From an uncultured Muribaculaceae bacterium (GTDB lineage: Bacteria; Bacteroidota; Bacteroidia; Bacteroidales; UBA932), in contig CAZEGL010000004.1 of assembly GCA_964512295.1 (NCBI GenBank), forward strand, positions 30,068 through 94,067: DNA of 64,000 bases, written 5' to 3'. Each line of letters opens with the position of its first letter. Position 1 is the stretch's first letter. The translations under genes and the position numbers were made by a program. The notes under the pieces are model-generated. The model worked only from the letters and a program-made list of their open reading frames with translations. It was not told the origin of the DNA and made no database searches. Positions 50,312-61,031 of this stretch are shown here, in pieces.

Positions 50312-51241
50312 CTAAATCTTTATACACTTTACCATCCTTGGCTTTGAGTTTATATCTTCCCTTGCCTCTACCCCACTCCACTTGGCACTACTAAAAAGTG
50401 CCATAACTTCATTTGGGAACTTTTCATTTATCTCCATCAATAACACTCCCAAAGGACGAAGTACCCTTGTAGCCAATTTTTCAAGTGCCTTGTAAAAGAG
50501 TAGGGGATTGTTGTTGGGAACAAAGAGCGCTTCGGCCGGTTCATAATTTAAAACATTTAGATGCATCTGCTCCTTCTCGTTTTCGGTTACATAGGGGGGA
50601 TTTGAGACAATAAAATCGAATAGGGGTAACCTCTCGGGTAAAAATTCAAAAAGATTCTCTTTAAGTAGATTGCATTTAAAGATCTTCCCCTCTGTAGGGG
50701 CAATTTTGCTTAAATTTCTCTTTGCCACCTCTAAAGCCTTTTCGGATACATCGCACCCATAAGCCTCTACCTGCGGAAAGCGATTGGCAATAGCAGAAAC
50801 AATAGCTCCCGAACCACACCCCACATCTAAAAATGTAAATGGCCGGACGGAATTAATCTCTTCACCGTTTGGCACATAGCCTACCCCACCACTATCCTTC
50901 TGGATCTTCTCTTCTATAAGCTTAAAAGCCCACTCCACCATCTCTTCGGTTTCGGGGCGGGGAATAAGAACTCCCCTCTCTACCTCAATTTCTAAGCCGC
51001 AGAACTCCTGAACACCTATAACATACTGTAGCGGTTCTCCCTTTAAAAGTCTTTTGAGCGCTCCGGTCAGCTTCTCTTCGCAATTGGGAGGGAACTCCAT
51101 ATTTGGATATAGAATGTATTGGCTCCGTTCAATATCGCAGTAATAGTGCATAAGTCTAATTACCAGGGAACGCGCTTCGGCATAGGGGTAAAGAGCGGCT
51201 AAATCTTCTACTGCATCTTTGAAAAATTGGTGAGGTTTCAT
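50312..51241 (-). CDS. prmC: Release factor glutamine methyltransferase
   Basis: GEPLQY, VLIPRPETEE, DVGCGSG, VSNPPY. Confidence 0.95.
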   Translation of the reverse strand: MKPHQFFKDAVEDLAALYPYAEARSLVIRLMHYYCDIERSQYILYPNMEFPPNCEEKLTGALKRLLKGEPLQYVIGVQEFCGLEIEVERGVLIPRPETEEMVEWAFKLIEEKIQKDSGGVGYVPNGEEINSVRPFTFLDVGCGSGAIVSAIANRFPQVEAYGCDVSEKALEVAKRNLSKIAPTEGKIFKCNLLKENLFEFLPERLPLFDFIVSNPPYVTENEKEQMHLNVLNYEPAEALFVPNNNPLLFYKALEKLATRVLRPLGVLLMEINEKFPNEVMALFSSAKWSGVEAREDINSKPRMVKCIKI

Positions 51242-51304
51242 AGGAAGGCAAATATAGAAAAAGTTCTATAAGATAGATAGGGCAACGGGTGTAACAAAAA
51301 TATA

Positions 51305-51655
51305 CTATTTGAGGCTCTGTAGCGCTTCTAAAATTACTAAAGGGTGGGCATGCTCTTTATCTTTAGCACCATATAGAAGTGTAACGGTGCCGTGCTCTCT
51401 CTCCAATGCTTTAATTTTTTCCAACGGCCCCCTATTTTTTTTCAACTCCTCAAGATAAAGTTCCCGAAAACTCTCCCATTTTACAGGGTTGTGGCCAAAC
51501 CATTTTCTTAGCGAAGGGGAAGGGGTAACCTCTTTAAGCCATAGGTCTATATAGGCCTCCTCCTTAGCCACACCCCGTGGCCATAGGCGATCTACTAAAA
51601 TCCTATAGCCATCCTCTTTGCCCAAAGGCTCATATATTCTCCGAGTTTGAATCAC
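51305..51655 (-). CDS. DUF488/YeaO-family protein
   Basis: RILVDRLWPRG, PSLRKWFGH. Confidence 0.9.
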   Translation of the reverse strand: MIQTRRIYEPLGKEDGYRILVDRLWPRGVAKEEAYIDLWLKEVTPSPSLRKWFGHNPVKWESFRELYLEELKKNRGPLEKIKALEREHGTVTLLYGAKDKEHAHPLVILEALQSLK

Positions 51656-51777
51656 ACCTCTTAAACAAACTTAGATAGGGGCAAGTTCAATAGAGTAAAA
51701 AATCTACCAAATGTGATATTGCAAGGTAAAGAATATTTGGACATCTTTGTTCAAATTAAGCAATTAATATACTTTCT

Positions 51778-54222
51778 GTGGTAAAAAATATAGCTCTCTC
51801 TCTTTTACTCTTAATTTGCTCGGCAACTCTTTTTGCTCAGAGAGATAAAGATATTAAGAGAGGCTATAGTGTTGTTGGGCAGATTGTAGACAAGTCCGAT
51901 AATCAAGGAATTCCCTATGCCACCATTAGAGTATTGGATCGCAAAAATGTAGTAGTCTCTGTAGGTACGGCAGATGTTTTGGGTGAATTTAAACTCTCTC
52001 TCCGCTCTCCGGGCAACTATCTTCTAAAATTTGATGCTATGAGCTATGGCTCAGACTCTTTATCTGTAGAGGTTAAGTTAGGCACAAACGAAATTGGGAT
52101 TATAAAATTATCGGAAGGGCACCAATTGGCCGGCGTTACCGTTACAGCAGAAAAACTTGTGATGAGGCAGGAGTTGGAGAAGCTAATCTATGATGTAACA
52201 AAAGATCCCGATGCGAAAAGGTTAAAAATGGCCGACATTATGGAGAAGATTCCCTTCATGAAGATAGATGGAACAGATGGTAAGCTAAAATATTTAGAAG
52301 ATAGAGTTCCCACTATACTAATTGATGGTAAGCCACACCCTATGATTAGCTCACAAAGGCAATTTCCAATGCGTATGATCAAAGGTGATGTTATGAAGGA
52401 TATTGAAATTATCCTACCTCACACAAGCGAAAACCCCACCGACAAACCTATTATCAATATAAATTTAGAAAAGGCCCTCCCCGATGGTTTTGTAACGGAG
52501 ATACGAACCAGTGGCAACACTTTAAAGAGCTACCGGGGCTCTATCGATTTTATCTCTAAGTTCGATAAGCTCTATCTGTCGTTCCGTTACTCCCACCATG
52601 GTCAAAAAAGACCCGAACGGGCTCTTCTCACCACTAAAGAGAATCTCTTAGAGAGTGCCCCTATTTATCGTCAAGAGAACAGCTCCATAAACTGGGGAAG
52701 AGAGAGTTCACACTCTTTGAGTGCAGGCGCATCGTACCAGATAGGTAAAAAAGATTATGTGGGACTAACCCTCTCTGCCGATAAACAAAACTCTACAAAC
52801 GAATCGAAGAGCAGCTCTAAAAACTATAACTCTATTGAGCAGTTGCTCTTAGATCAACACTCCAAAACTACCGGGAAGAGCACGGGTGTGCCAAGATTAA
52901 ACAGTATAATCAACTATAACCATGGTATAAAAGATGGTACTATTGCTCTCTCTTACGGGTTAAGCTCCCATCTTGGAACAAACAGCCATCTATACCACAT
53001 CTTTACGGGGCAATCTATCACTCCACTCTTTACAAGTGACAACAGTAGTCGAACATCATCTACAGACCACTCCGGAAGTTTAAGTTATTATCAGCGCATA
53101 AATGGGAAGCATAGATTAGAGGCGGGTGCAATCTATTCCCATAGAGAGTACTTCAACTTCTCCCAAGTAGAGTATTGGGATTATGAGAATAACCAGGAGG
53201 GCGAATATACCTCTATAGAAGAGGGCTTAAGCTATACCCAGCAGGTCTTTAGAGTACGCAGCCGTTTTGCTTACATAAAAGGTTCGCTAATTGCTACAGC
53301 ATCACTATCTGTAGAGCAGATGAACAATAGAGGGGTATTTCATATTGCAGAGGGGATAGATGAAGAGTTAAACTACAATGAGATTAATCTATTCCCCGTT
53401 TTGGGAGTCACCTACCGAACCAAAAAGAGAACCAGGTATGGTTTGTTCTATCAGACACGCACCCTTAGACCAAATATCACCTACCTCAATCCATATATAG
53501 ACGACAGCGACCCACAAAATATTAGTATGGGTAACCCAAATCTAAAATCGGAGTATGCCCATAGTTTTAGGGCTACTACAGGAAAGATGCTGAGCAACAG
53601 TTTTTCCTATAATTTTGGTGTAGCGGTTGAATATACAAAGGGAGCAATTGAGAGGGTAACAAATATAGATGATAAAGGGGTGAGTGTAACCACTTTTAAA
53701 AATCTAAGCCGTAAAGAGAGCTATCTTGCCAATACAAGTCTTGCATACCGGCCCTACAAATGGGTGTCGCTATCTATCAGAGGCAATATAAATCACTTTA
53801 TATACAGTAGCAAAGAGAGGGATGTAGAGAGCAGCTCTTTAGGATTTGGCCTATATGGAGGTGCCTTTTTTAGAATGGGCAAGTTTACTTCGGCCGGAAT
53901 TGCCTACAACCGCTCACCACAACTTGGAAGTGCGCAAACAAAAGAGGTTAAATACTTCTCCTCCTTTTTAGTTGATCTGGCTCAAACTTTAGTAAAGGAT
54001 AAGTTATTTTTAACTCTCTCACTTAGAGAGCCTTTTAAGAAAAGCCACTATAGATCTAATGTAATAGGCAACGATCATTTTATTATGACAACCAATCAGC
54101 AGGTATTGGGGAGAGTTTTTACCTTCTATCTAACTTGGAATTTTGGCCGCTTGAAGGATAGAGGTACTTTTCCCGAAGAGTTTAAAAGAGACGACTTGAC
54201 ACGCCCCGATCTATTGCCTTAA
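51778..54222 (+). CDS. Outer-membrane beta-barrel protein (TonB-receptor-like, carboxypeptidase-regulatory-like N-domain)
   Basis: Signal peptide, IPYATI, L..VTVTA, RP...LNPY...GNPNLK.E, LTWNFG. Confidence 0.8.
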   Translation: MVKNIALSLLLLICSATLFAQRDKDIKRGYSVVGQIVDKSDNQGIPYATIRVLDRKNVVVSVGTADVLGEFKLSLRSPGNYLLKFDAMSYGSDSLSVEVKLGTNEIGIIKLSEGHQLAGVTVTAEKLVMRQELEKLIYDVTKDPDAKRLKMADIMEKIPFMKIDGTDGKLKYLEDRVPTILIDGKPHPMISSQRQFPMRMIKGDVMKDIEIILPHTSENPTDKPIININLEKALPDGFVTEIRTSGNTLKSYRGSIDFISKFDKLYLSFRYSHHGQKRPERALLTTKENLLESAPIYRQENSSINWGRESSHSLSAGASYQIGKKDYVGLTLSADKQNSTNESKSSSKNYNSIEQLLLDQHSKTTGKSTGVPRLNSIINYNHGIKDGTIALSYGLSSHLGTNSHLYHIFTGQSITPLFTSDNSSRTSSTDHSGSLSYYQRINGKHRLEAGAIYSHREYFNFSQVEYWDYENNQEGEYTSIEEGLSYTQQVFRVRSRFAYIKGSLIATASLSVEQMNNRGVFHIAEGIDEELNYNEINLFPVLGVTYRTKKRTRYGLFYQTRTLRPNITYLNPYIDDSDPQNISMGNPNLKSEYAHSFRATTGKMLSNSFSYNFGVAVEYTKGAIERVTNIDDKGVSVTTFKNLSRKESYLANTSLAYRPYKWVSLSIRGNINHFIYSSKERDVESSSLGFGLYGGAFFRMGKFTSAGIAYNRSPQLGSAQTKEVKYFSSFLVDLAQTLVKDKLFLTLSLREPFKKSHYRSNVIGNDHFIMTTNQQVLGRVFTFYLTWNFGRLKDRGTFPEEFKRDDLTRPDLLP

Positions 54223-54377
54223 TTTTTAATTTAATCCTATTTATCAATTTAGCGTTTATGCACAACGAGAAGCGTTGCCTGATAAGAGAAACGAATTACG
54301 GCTCAACCTTGTAACCTTAATAGCGGGGCTTTATAGGCTATAGCCGGCTATACTTTGGAAGGGAGCCTGCAACTGGC

Positions 54378-54409
54378 CTCTTCATTGAGCCCAGTATAGG
54401 AATTGAAAC
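54378..54409 (+). repeat. Solitary degenerate CRISPR-repeat-like sequence (not an array)
   Basis: CTCTTCATTGAGCCCAGTATAGGAATTGAAAC ends in the ATTGAAAC handle of type I/III repeats; no second copy seen. Confidence 0.25.
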
Positions 54410-54512
54410 AAAATAAATAATCTGCGGAATATTGGGTTATAACCGAATATTCTTTAATTTCGTAAAAAGATTTGGCTATGAACGAAAGAATAGCAGTATA
54501 CAGTTCCGGTTC

Positions 54513-55022
54513 TTAATCGGTACTGTTGCGAACCCTTTTTACCGACCGGTGCAGATGGTTCCTTACAGTGTTGGGAGAGAGATTGAGCTTATCAGCAATC
54601 TCCTTTATAGATAGGCCATCCCTTTTATTCATAATGAAGATTGTACGCTGCTGCAAAGGCAGTGCATCTATCTTAGTGCCCGCATATCTAAGCAGATAGT
54701 TCAACTCTACAAGCTCTTCGGTACTATAGAGGGAGGAGCCGTGCAAAATCTCTTTCTGGGGATTTGAGAGCTCTTTCAAATGTTTTAATTTATGATTCTC
54801 TCTTCTAAAGTGGTCGTAAGCCAAATTTTTGCAAATATTGTAAATATAGCTGTCGATATTCTCTATAGCGGCAATATCCTCTTTTTGTAAAAGTCTCAAA
54901 AAGAGCTCCTGCACCATATCTTTAGAAAGTTCGTGATTATAGTTGAAGATATTGAGAAAGAATGAGTAGCATCTATCTCTATATTTATAAAAAAGCCCCT
55001 CTATATATTTTATATTTTCCAT
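54513..55022 (-). CDS. ECF sigma factor
   Basis: DMVQELF, LPLQQRTIF...GLS.KEIA..LNLSPNTV.NHL; divergent from fecR. Confidence 0.92.
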   Translation of the reverse strand: MENIKYIEGLFYKYRDRCYSFFLNIFNYNHELSKDMVQELFLRLLQKEDIAAIENIDSYIYNICKNLAYDHFRRENHKLKHLKELSNPQKEILHGSSLYSTEELVELNYLLRYAGTKIDALPLQQRTIFIMNKRDGLSIKEIADKLNLSPNTVRNHLHRSVKRVRNSTD

Positions 55023-55161
55023 TAAGACCTTTTTCCCCCTTTCACAAATTTATAAAAAAAAGTATCCCCTATCATTTTTACCCTCCCAACTGGTACATTT
55101 TGGGCTTTTAACCGTCTATACTATATAGCTAAAGTAATAAATCCATTTTATCTCTATAAAA

Positions 55162-56070
55162 ATGAGTCTTGATTTAGATAATTGTTTTAAAGAGGCTTGG
55201 GAAAAGAGCGACCCCAATGCCAAATTGCACAGGTTGAGTTGGGAGAGTGTGCTCTCTGAACACTATAGACGCCTGCAGCTCAATAGACGCCGTACAATAA
55301 GAAAGAGAATTTTAAGCTATTCGGCGGCAGCTACTCTTATTTTGGCCCTTTCAATATCGGCTCTACTCTCAATTTTTGACGACGGTACCAAAATTTATAA
55401 GAGCGGCAATGGTCAAGTGAAAGAGATTGCTCTAAACGACGGCACAAAGATTAGCCTCAATGCAAACTCCACACTAATTTGGAAAAAGGGGTGGAAAAAG
55501 AGTGGGGTGCGAGAGGTTGAACTGCAGGGAGAAGCCAATTTTGAGGTGGTCCGTTTAGAAGATCCAATACCGTTTAAAGTCTCTACTTCCGATCTTACCA
55601 TAAATGTATTGGGTACCACTTTCAATGTCTCCAAACGGCGCGAATCAACCGAAGTACTCTTAAAAGAGGGCTCTATTGAACTTCTTCTAAACGAGGGAGT
55701 CTCTGCCAATGAGAGCGTTACAAAAAGCAAAATCCTACTTATTCCCAACGAATTTGTGAGCTACTCTGCCAATGAAGAGAAGTTGGTTAAAAAGAGGATA
55801 GACGATTCTGAATATTTGGTGGGGTGGAAAGATGGGGTTCTAAGTTATCAAAATCTCCCTTTAGATGAGATGATTCAAAATTTGGAAGATATCTATGGAG
55901 TAAAAATAGAGGTTAGAGAGAGCTCCTTTTTAGAGAGGCGGTTCGACTTTAATATACCCTATAGAAATTGGGAAACTGTAAAAGAGATGCTGGAGGTTAT
56001 GCTCTCAATTAAAATTGTAGAGATTGAAAAAGAGAGCTATAAAATTATCCCAAATTATCACAAACCATAA
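55162..56070 (+). CDS. FecR-family anti-sigma factor
   Basis: TM helix, LNDGTKI.LNANS, LQGEANFEV, VLGTTFNV. Confidence 0.92.
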   Translation: MSLDLDNCFKEAWEKSDPNAKLHRLSWESVLSEHYRRLQLNRRRTIRKRILSYSAAATLILALSISALLSIFDDGTKIYKSGNGQVKEIALNDGTKISLNANSTLIWKKGWKKSGVREVELQGEANFEVVRLEDPIPFKVSTSDLTINVLGTTFNVSKRRESTEVLLKEGSIELLLNEGVSANESVTKSKILLIPNEFVSYSANEEKLVKKRIDDSEYLVGWKDGVLSYQNLPLDEMIQNLEDIYGVKIEVRESSFLERRFDFNIPYRNWETVKEMLEVMLSIKIVEIEKESYKIIPNYHKP

Positions 56071-56114
56071 ACAACAAAAAAAACTACAAACAAATAACCT
56101 ATAAATAATCTACT

Positions 56115-59100
56115 ATGAAAATTGGCTTTCTATTAAAGAAATTTTGGAGTCTTCCATTAAGGATTATTCTCTTGGGAATGTTACTCCTTCATTTGACCAA
56201 TGTCTCCTATGCCGACACCATAGACAACGGCACGGTTATGCTTGAAGATGCCTTCCACCAGATAGGTAAGAAGTACGATGTCTTCTTTAGCTACGACCGC
56301 TCTCTTGTCTCCAATGTAAAAGTGGAGTACAACGAAAAATCGGTAAACACATTGGAAAGTGCACTTTCGGGACTTCTATCCAACACCGAACTTGGATACA
56401 AGATTTTCGACAACAAATTTATTGTAGTCTATCAAAATAGCGAACAGGGAATTGCCGATTTAAAGAGTGTAATTCAAAAAGTACAGAGCTATATAGACAA
56501 CAAAGAGTTCATAGATATCTCGGAGAGCAAGATCAAAGAGATAGTTGGGAACGCACCCACCGGCGAAGTAAAACAGCTTCCAACCACAATTACTGTAACC
56601 GGCACAGTCTATAGCGAAACTGGGGAGCCGCTAAGCGGAGTGAGTATAAGAGTAAAAGGGGGGAAAGGTGGCGTAGCTACCGGCGATGATGGTAAATACA
56701 GCATCTCTAATGTACCCAAAGATGGAACACTTATCTTCTCTTATATAGGCTACTCCACCAATGAAGTTTCAGTAGAAGGTAGAGCTACAATAATAACCAC
56801 TATGTTAAGTGAGGCCCAAAAACTTGATGAAGCCGTTGTTACAGGGTACAGCACTACAGTTCGTAGGGCTCTAACAGGCTCGTCGGTTTCGGTAGAGGGA
56901 TTGAGTATGGAGAACAAACCGGTACAGTCGCTTGATAAAGCACTGCAGGGAAGAGCACCCGGTGTCTCTGTTACATCAAGCACCGGTGTACCTGGGGGAG
57001 CTGTAAGGGTAAATATTAGAGGAATCGGCTCAATTAATGCCGGAACCGAACCAATGTACATTGTAGATGGTGTACAATTAAATAGCGATCAGCCCGGTTC
57101 CAGAACATCAACTAATGTCCTTGCATATATTAATCCGAATGATATTGAATCAATTGTAGTATTAAAAGATGCAGCAGCATCTGCAATATACGGTTCTCAA
57201 GCAGCTAACGGAGTTATCTTAGTAACGACTAAACGAGGTATGACTGGAAAAACTCGTTTTACCGTAAATTTTTACCAAGGAGTTTCTGCCCCTATAAAAA
57301 ATATGAAAGTTCTTAATTCGCAAGATTTAATTGCTTTAAGAACCGAAGCTATTTTAAATGGTAATCCGGCATTAAGCCCCGACGCTGCCTTAGCTCAATC
57401 ATTGATTGATGCAGGTTTACGCCCCGATCTTACAGCAGAAGAGATTGTGGCTTTACCAACATATGATTGGCAAAGTGAAGCTTTTAAGCCTGGATCTGTA
57501 ACAAATGTGGAATTAAGCGCTTCGGGTGGATCTAGTACTTCCAATTACTATCTGTCCGCCTCCTATAACAAACACGATGGAAATGTAACGGGTATCGATT
57601 TTGAGCGCGGCTCTTTTAGAGTTCGCCTAACTCAAGAAGTTCTTAAGAGACTCAGCTTCGATACCGGAATCAATCTTAGCTTTGTAAATCAGAATGGGAA
57701 TACCGGTTCATGGGGTGCGGCAGGTTCGGCATCACCTCAATATACAGCTGCCTATATGCTACCTACACTTCCCATATATAATCCCGATGGAACTTTTAAT
57801 GCCTACGAAGGGATGCCCGGTACCGGGTTTAATCCTATCCAAGCAGCAACAGTTGACGATAATTTAACTCGTCAAAACTCTCTTATCGGTAATTTTACAG
57901 CTACATATAAGATTTTAGACAATCTATCATTTAAATCCTTCTATGGAATTGATTATAGAATGGTTAGAGCAGACTACTATAGAGATCCCCGTACTCCCAA
58001 TGGCGCACCGTGGGGTGGTTACTTGATTGTCGATTATGGGCAAAATATAAATTTTATAACAAGTCAATCTTTAAATTACAATACAACAATCTCTGACGAC
58101 CACACATTAAGTGCTCTTTTAGGGATGGAGTATCGTAGCGATGTAAGAGAAACTGAATCTTCAAGAGCAAACAATTTCCCAACACATCAATTTAGAACTC
58201 ATCAATCGGCAGCCGAACCATACTCTATTACAGGATACTGGGGCGGAAGTAGGAAATTGGGCTTTTTCACTCAAATAAACTATGCATTTAAAGATAGATA
58301 CTTTGTTTCTGCTGTTGCTCGAATTGATGGTTCATCACGCTTTGGTATAGATAATCGATTTGGCTTCTTTCCAGGAATATCGGCAGGCTGGGATATAGCA
58401 CAAGAGGAGTTTATTCAAAATGCAACTTGGTTAGATCAGCTAAAACTGCGAATGGGATATGGAGTTGTTGGAAATGACCAAATTAATGTAGTCTCTTCTC
58501 GTGGTTTCTACCAAGGAGGAACAAGTTACAACGGCAATGCTGCACTTCGCCTACAAACTTTAGCAAACTCACACCTTGGATGGGAAAAAAATGCCACAGT
58601 CAATATTGGATTGGACTTTGCCCTTTTCAATAGTAGGTTAGACGGAAGTTTTGAAGTTTATCGCAGAATTAGTCACAATCTACTTATGAATAGACCATTG
58701 CCATACACCAGCGGCTTTAGTAGTGTTGATGATAATTTAGGAAGGGTGATAAATGAGGGGATTGAGATTGGGCTCAACTCACATAACATTAAAAGCGGTG
58801 ACTTTAAATGGAGTTCTAATTTCAATATAGCCTTTATGAGAAATGAGGTAAAAGAGCTCTATGACGGCCTTGAATCTATCTCTAATACAATAAGAGTGGG
58901 ATACCCCTTAAAAATTTGGTATAGGTCAAAATATGCAGGTGTAAATGCCTCCAATGGCCGGCCAATGTGGTACGATAAAGATGGAAATATAACCTATCTG
59001 CCAACTTCCGACGACAATGTACCCACAAAGAAAGGATGGCAGTCGGATTACTTTGGAGGACTTACCAATACCCTTAGTTATAAAGGCCTTGAGTTCAGTT

Positions 59101-59552
59101 TTCTAATCTATTTCGATATGGGTAGATATATGGAAAATCGAATCTATCAAGTTTGGTATAATGTTATGAGTAGTGCCGGTAGAAACACTCTACAAGAGCT
59201 CTATGACGATCGGTGGACCACACCCGGGCAAATTACTTACGATGCCAGATTAATTAATGGTGGCGGCGAGAAAAATAGTGCTTTAAGAAGTAATACATCC
59301 GATCTTTTCTTACATGATGGCTCCTATGCACGATTGAAAGAGGTAACCTTGGCCTACACGCTACCCACTAAGTTGTTATCCAAACTTAATATCTCTAAAA
59401 TGCGTATATACATTACTGGAATAAATCTCTTTACTCTAACCAATTGGATTGGGTATGATCCAGAATTTGCTGTTTATGGCGCAGTTGAAGACAATAGAGG
59501 GATATTGCCTCAGACAAAGAGTATTACAGGCGGTATTCAATTGCAATTTTAA
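56115..59552 (+). CDS. susC: SusC-family TonB-dependent transducer
   Basis: N-terminal signalling extension, IESIVVLKDAAASAIYGSQAANGVILVTTK, DGSSRFG, C-terminal F. Confidence 0.95.
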   Translation: MKIGFLLKKFWSLPLRIILLGMLLLHLTNVSYADTIDNGTVMLEDAFHQIGKKYDVFFSYDRSLVSNVKVEYNEKSVNTLESALSGLLSNTELGYKIFDNKFIVVYQNSEQGIADLKSVIQKVQSYIDNKEFIDISESKIKEIVGNAPTGEVKQLPTTITVTGTVYSETGEPLSGVSIRVKGGKGGVATGDDGKYSISNVPKDGTLIFSYIGYSTNEVSVEGRATIITTMLSEAQKLDEAVVTGYSTTVRRALTGSSVSVEGLSMENKPVQSLDKALQGRAPGVSVTSSTGVPGGAVRVNIRGIGSINAGTEPMYIVDGVQLNSDQPGSRTSTNVLAYINPNDIESIVVLKDAAASAIYGSQAANGVILVTTKRGMTGKTRFTVNFYQGVSAPIKNMKVLNSQDLIALRTEAILNGNPALSPDAALAQSLIDAGLRPDLTAEEIVALPTYDWQSEAFKPGSVTNVELSASGGSSTSNYYLSASYNKHDGNVTGIDFERGSFRVRLTQEVLKRLSFDTGINLSFVNQNGNTGSWGAAGSASPQYTAAYMLPTLPIYNPDGTFNAYEGMPGTGFNPIQAATVDDNLTRQNSLIGNFTATYKILDNLSFKSFYGIDYRMVRADYYRDPRTPNGAPWGGYLIVDYGQNINFITSQSLNYNTTISDDHTLSALLGMEYRSDVRETESSRANNFPTHQFRTHQSAAEPYSITGYWGGSRKLGFFTQINYAFKDRYFVSAVARIDGSSRFGIDNRFGFFPGISAGWDIAQEEFIQNATWLDQLKLRMGYGVVGNDQINVVSSRGFYQGGTSYNGNAALRLQTLANSHLGWEKNATVNIGLDFALFNSRLDGSFEVYRRISHNLLMNRPLPYTSGFSSVDDNLGRVINEGIEIGLNSHNIKSGDFKWSSNFNIAFMRNEVKELYDGLESISNTIRVGYPLKIWYRSKYAGVNASNGRPMWYDKDGNITYLPTSDDNVPTKKGWQSDYFGGLTNTLSYKGLEFSFLIYFDMGRYMENRIYQVWYNVMSSAGRNTLQELYDDRWTTPGQITYDARLINGGGEKNSALRSNTSDLFLHDGSYARLKEVTLAYTLPTKLLSKLNISKMRIYITGINLFTLTNWIGYDPEFAVYGAVEDNRGILPQTKSITGGIQLQF

Positions 59553-59573
59553 GACTTAGATAATTTAAATATT

Positions 59574-61019
59574 ATGAAAACCACAATTATATCACGAATA
59601 AGTTTGATTGCAGTATTGATTCTGCTATTAAGCTCATGCGAAAAATTAAATAACATCTTAGATGTTACCCCAAGGCAATCAATTGACTCGCGAACTGCAT
59701 TGGAGAGCCCCGAAGCTATTGAGGCAGCATTGAATTCTATTTATGCATATCTACTACAAACTAGCCAGTATGGTTTAGAACTAATAGCTCTTCCGGAGCT
59801 GCTTGCCGATAACTCTGAGCATACCAATAACCCTACTTCTTACTACTCCGAATATAGAAATCAGCCGGGCTTTCATATGAATATATGGGGGAGCAGCTAT
59901 TATGCAATAAATGAAGTAAATAATATTTTAAAGGTACTTCAAGATCCCCCCTTGGGAGCAAATACCGAATTTGTAGAGAAGATAAGTGGCCAAGCACACT
60001 TTTTAAGAGCTCTCTACTACCATAATATCTCTAAAATATATGGCTACGACCCAAAAAGTGTAATAGAGGAGGTCAATTATGGAAGTGTTCCCATACTTCT
60101 TGATCCCGTACTCAATAAAAATGAGATTACATATCCCGCAAGAGCTACACAAGAGCAGGTTTACGAACTAATATACAACGATTTAGACTCTGCGTACAAT
60201 GCGTTGTCGGGTAAGTCTATAAACTCCAATGACCCTCAATATTACGCCTCCGATGCCGCTGCTGCAGCATTACTATCGCGAGTGGCTCTCTACAACGAAG
60301 ATTATCCCAAAGTAATCACTGAAGTAGAGAAGGCTTTAGCACTATGTGAGGGAAGTTTCATGTCAAATAGCAATTATATTCAAGGGTGGCGTTCTATTAA
60401 GTTACCCGAGTCAATTTTTGAAGTTGTATTTAAGATGGGTGATGTTAGCGATCCCGCCAACTCTTCTTTAAGAGTTGCCTTTACTTCAAGACAAACCTTA
60501 ACTTCTACTACCTTTTCCAATAGAGGCAATATGGCAGTAGCTCCTGATTTATATAATAAATATTCTGCTCAAGATGTTAGGCAAGAGCTTTTTATTAGTG
60601 GATTAGGAAGAAATGCCAATAGAAAAGAGATAACCAAATACATTAGTAGAACAGGTACCAACCACGACAATGTACCGGTAATCAGAGTGTCGGAACTCTA
60701 CTTAAACAGAGCAGAGGCCTACTTCTTCTCAGATCAAGAGGAATTGGCAATAAATGATTTAAATAAGATTAGAGTAAGAGCCGGTTTAGATCCTGCCCCA
60801 TACTCTTTGAGCGGAGATGATCTACTTAATGAAATAGACTTACAAAGAAGATTGGAGCTTGCATTCGAAGGGCACCGCTTTTTCGATTTAAAAAGGCGGG
60901 GTAAAGATATCATTAAGCCAATGGGGAATGTTAGATTTAACGAATACCGTATTTTGGCCCCTATACCCTATACAGAAACTCAGAGAAATACCAATCTTAA
61001 ACAAAACTTTGGATACTAA
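59574..61019 (+). CDS. susD: SusD-family lipoprotein
   Basis: Lipobox LSSC, RVSELYLNRAEA, RRLELAFEGHRFFDLKR. Confidence 0.95.
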   Translation: MKTTIISRISLIAVLILLLSSCEKLNNILDVTPRQSIDSRTALESPEAIEAALNSIYAYLLQTSQYGLELIALPELLADNSEHTNNPTSYYSEYRNQPGFHMNIWGSSYYAINEVNNILKVLQDPPLGANTEFVEKISGQAHFLRALYYHNISKIYGYDPKSVIEEVNYGSVPILLDPVLNKNEITYPARATQEQVYELIYNDLDSAYNALSGKSINSNDPQYYASDAAAAALLSRVALYNEDYPKVITEVEKALALCEGSFMSNSNYIQGWRSIKLPESIFEVVFKMGDVSDPANSSLRVAFTSRQTLTSTTFSNRGNMAVAPDLYNKYSAQDVRQELFISGLGRNANRKEITKYISRTGTNHDNVPVIRVSELYLNRAEAYFFSDQEELAINDLNKIRVRAGLDPAPYSLSGDDLLNEIDLQRRLELAFEGHRFFDLKRRGKDIIKPMGNVRFNEYRILAPIPYTETQRNTNLKQNFGY

Positions 61020-61031
61020 AACACGAAAGAG

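Noticed and set aside
50173-50394. 73-aa + strand ORF and other short overlapping ORFs in the track
   Set aside because: Shadow frames of real genes or leaders, with no recognisable motifs.
54265-54295. gcgttgcctgataagaga resembles the pilin 3' end gcgttcgttgtataagaga (possible DGR template repeat)
   Set aside because: The match is short, has an indel and non-adenine differences, and no RT is nearby.
54300-54480. CRISPR array
   Set aside because: Only one repeat-like unit; no periodic copies and no cas genes.
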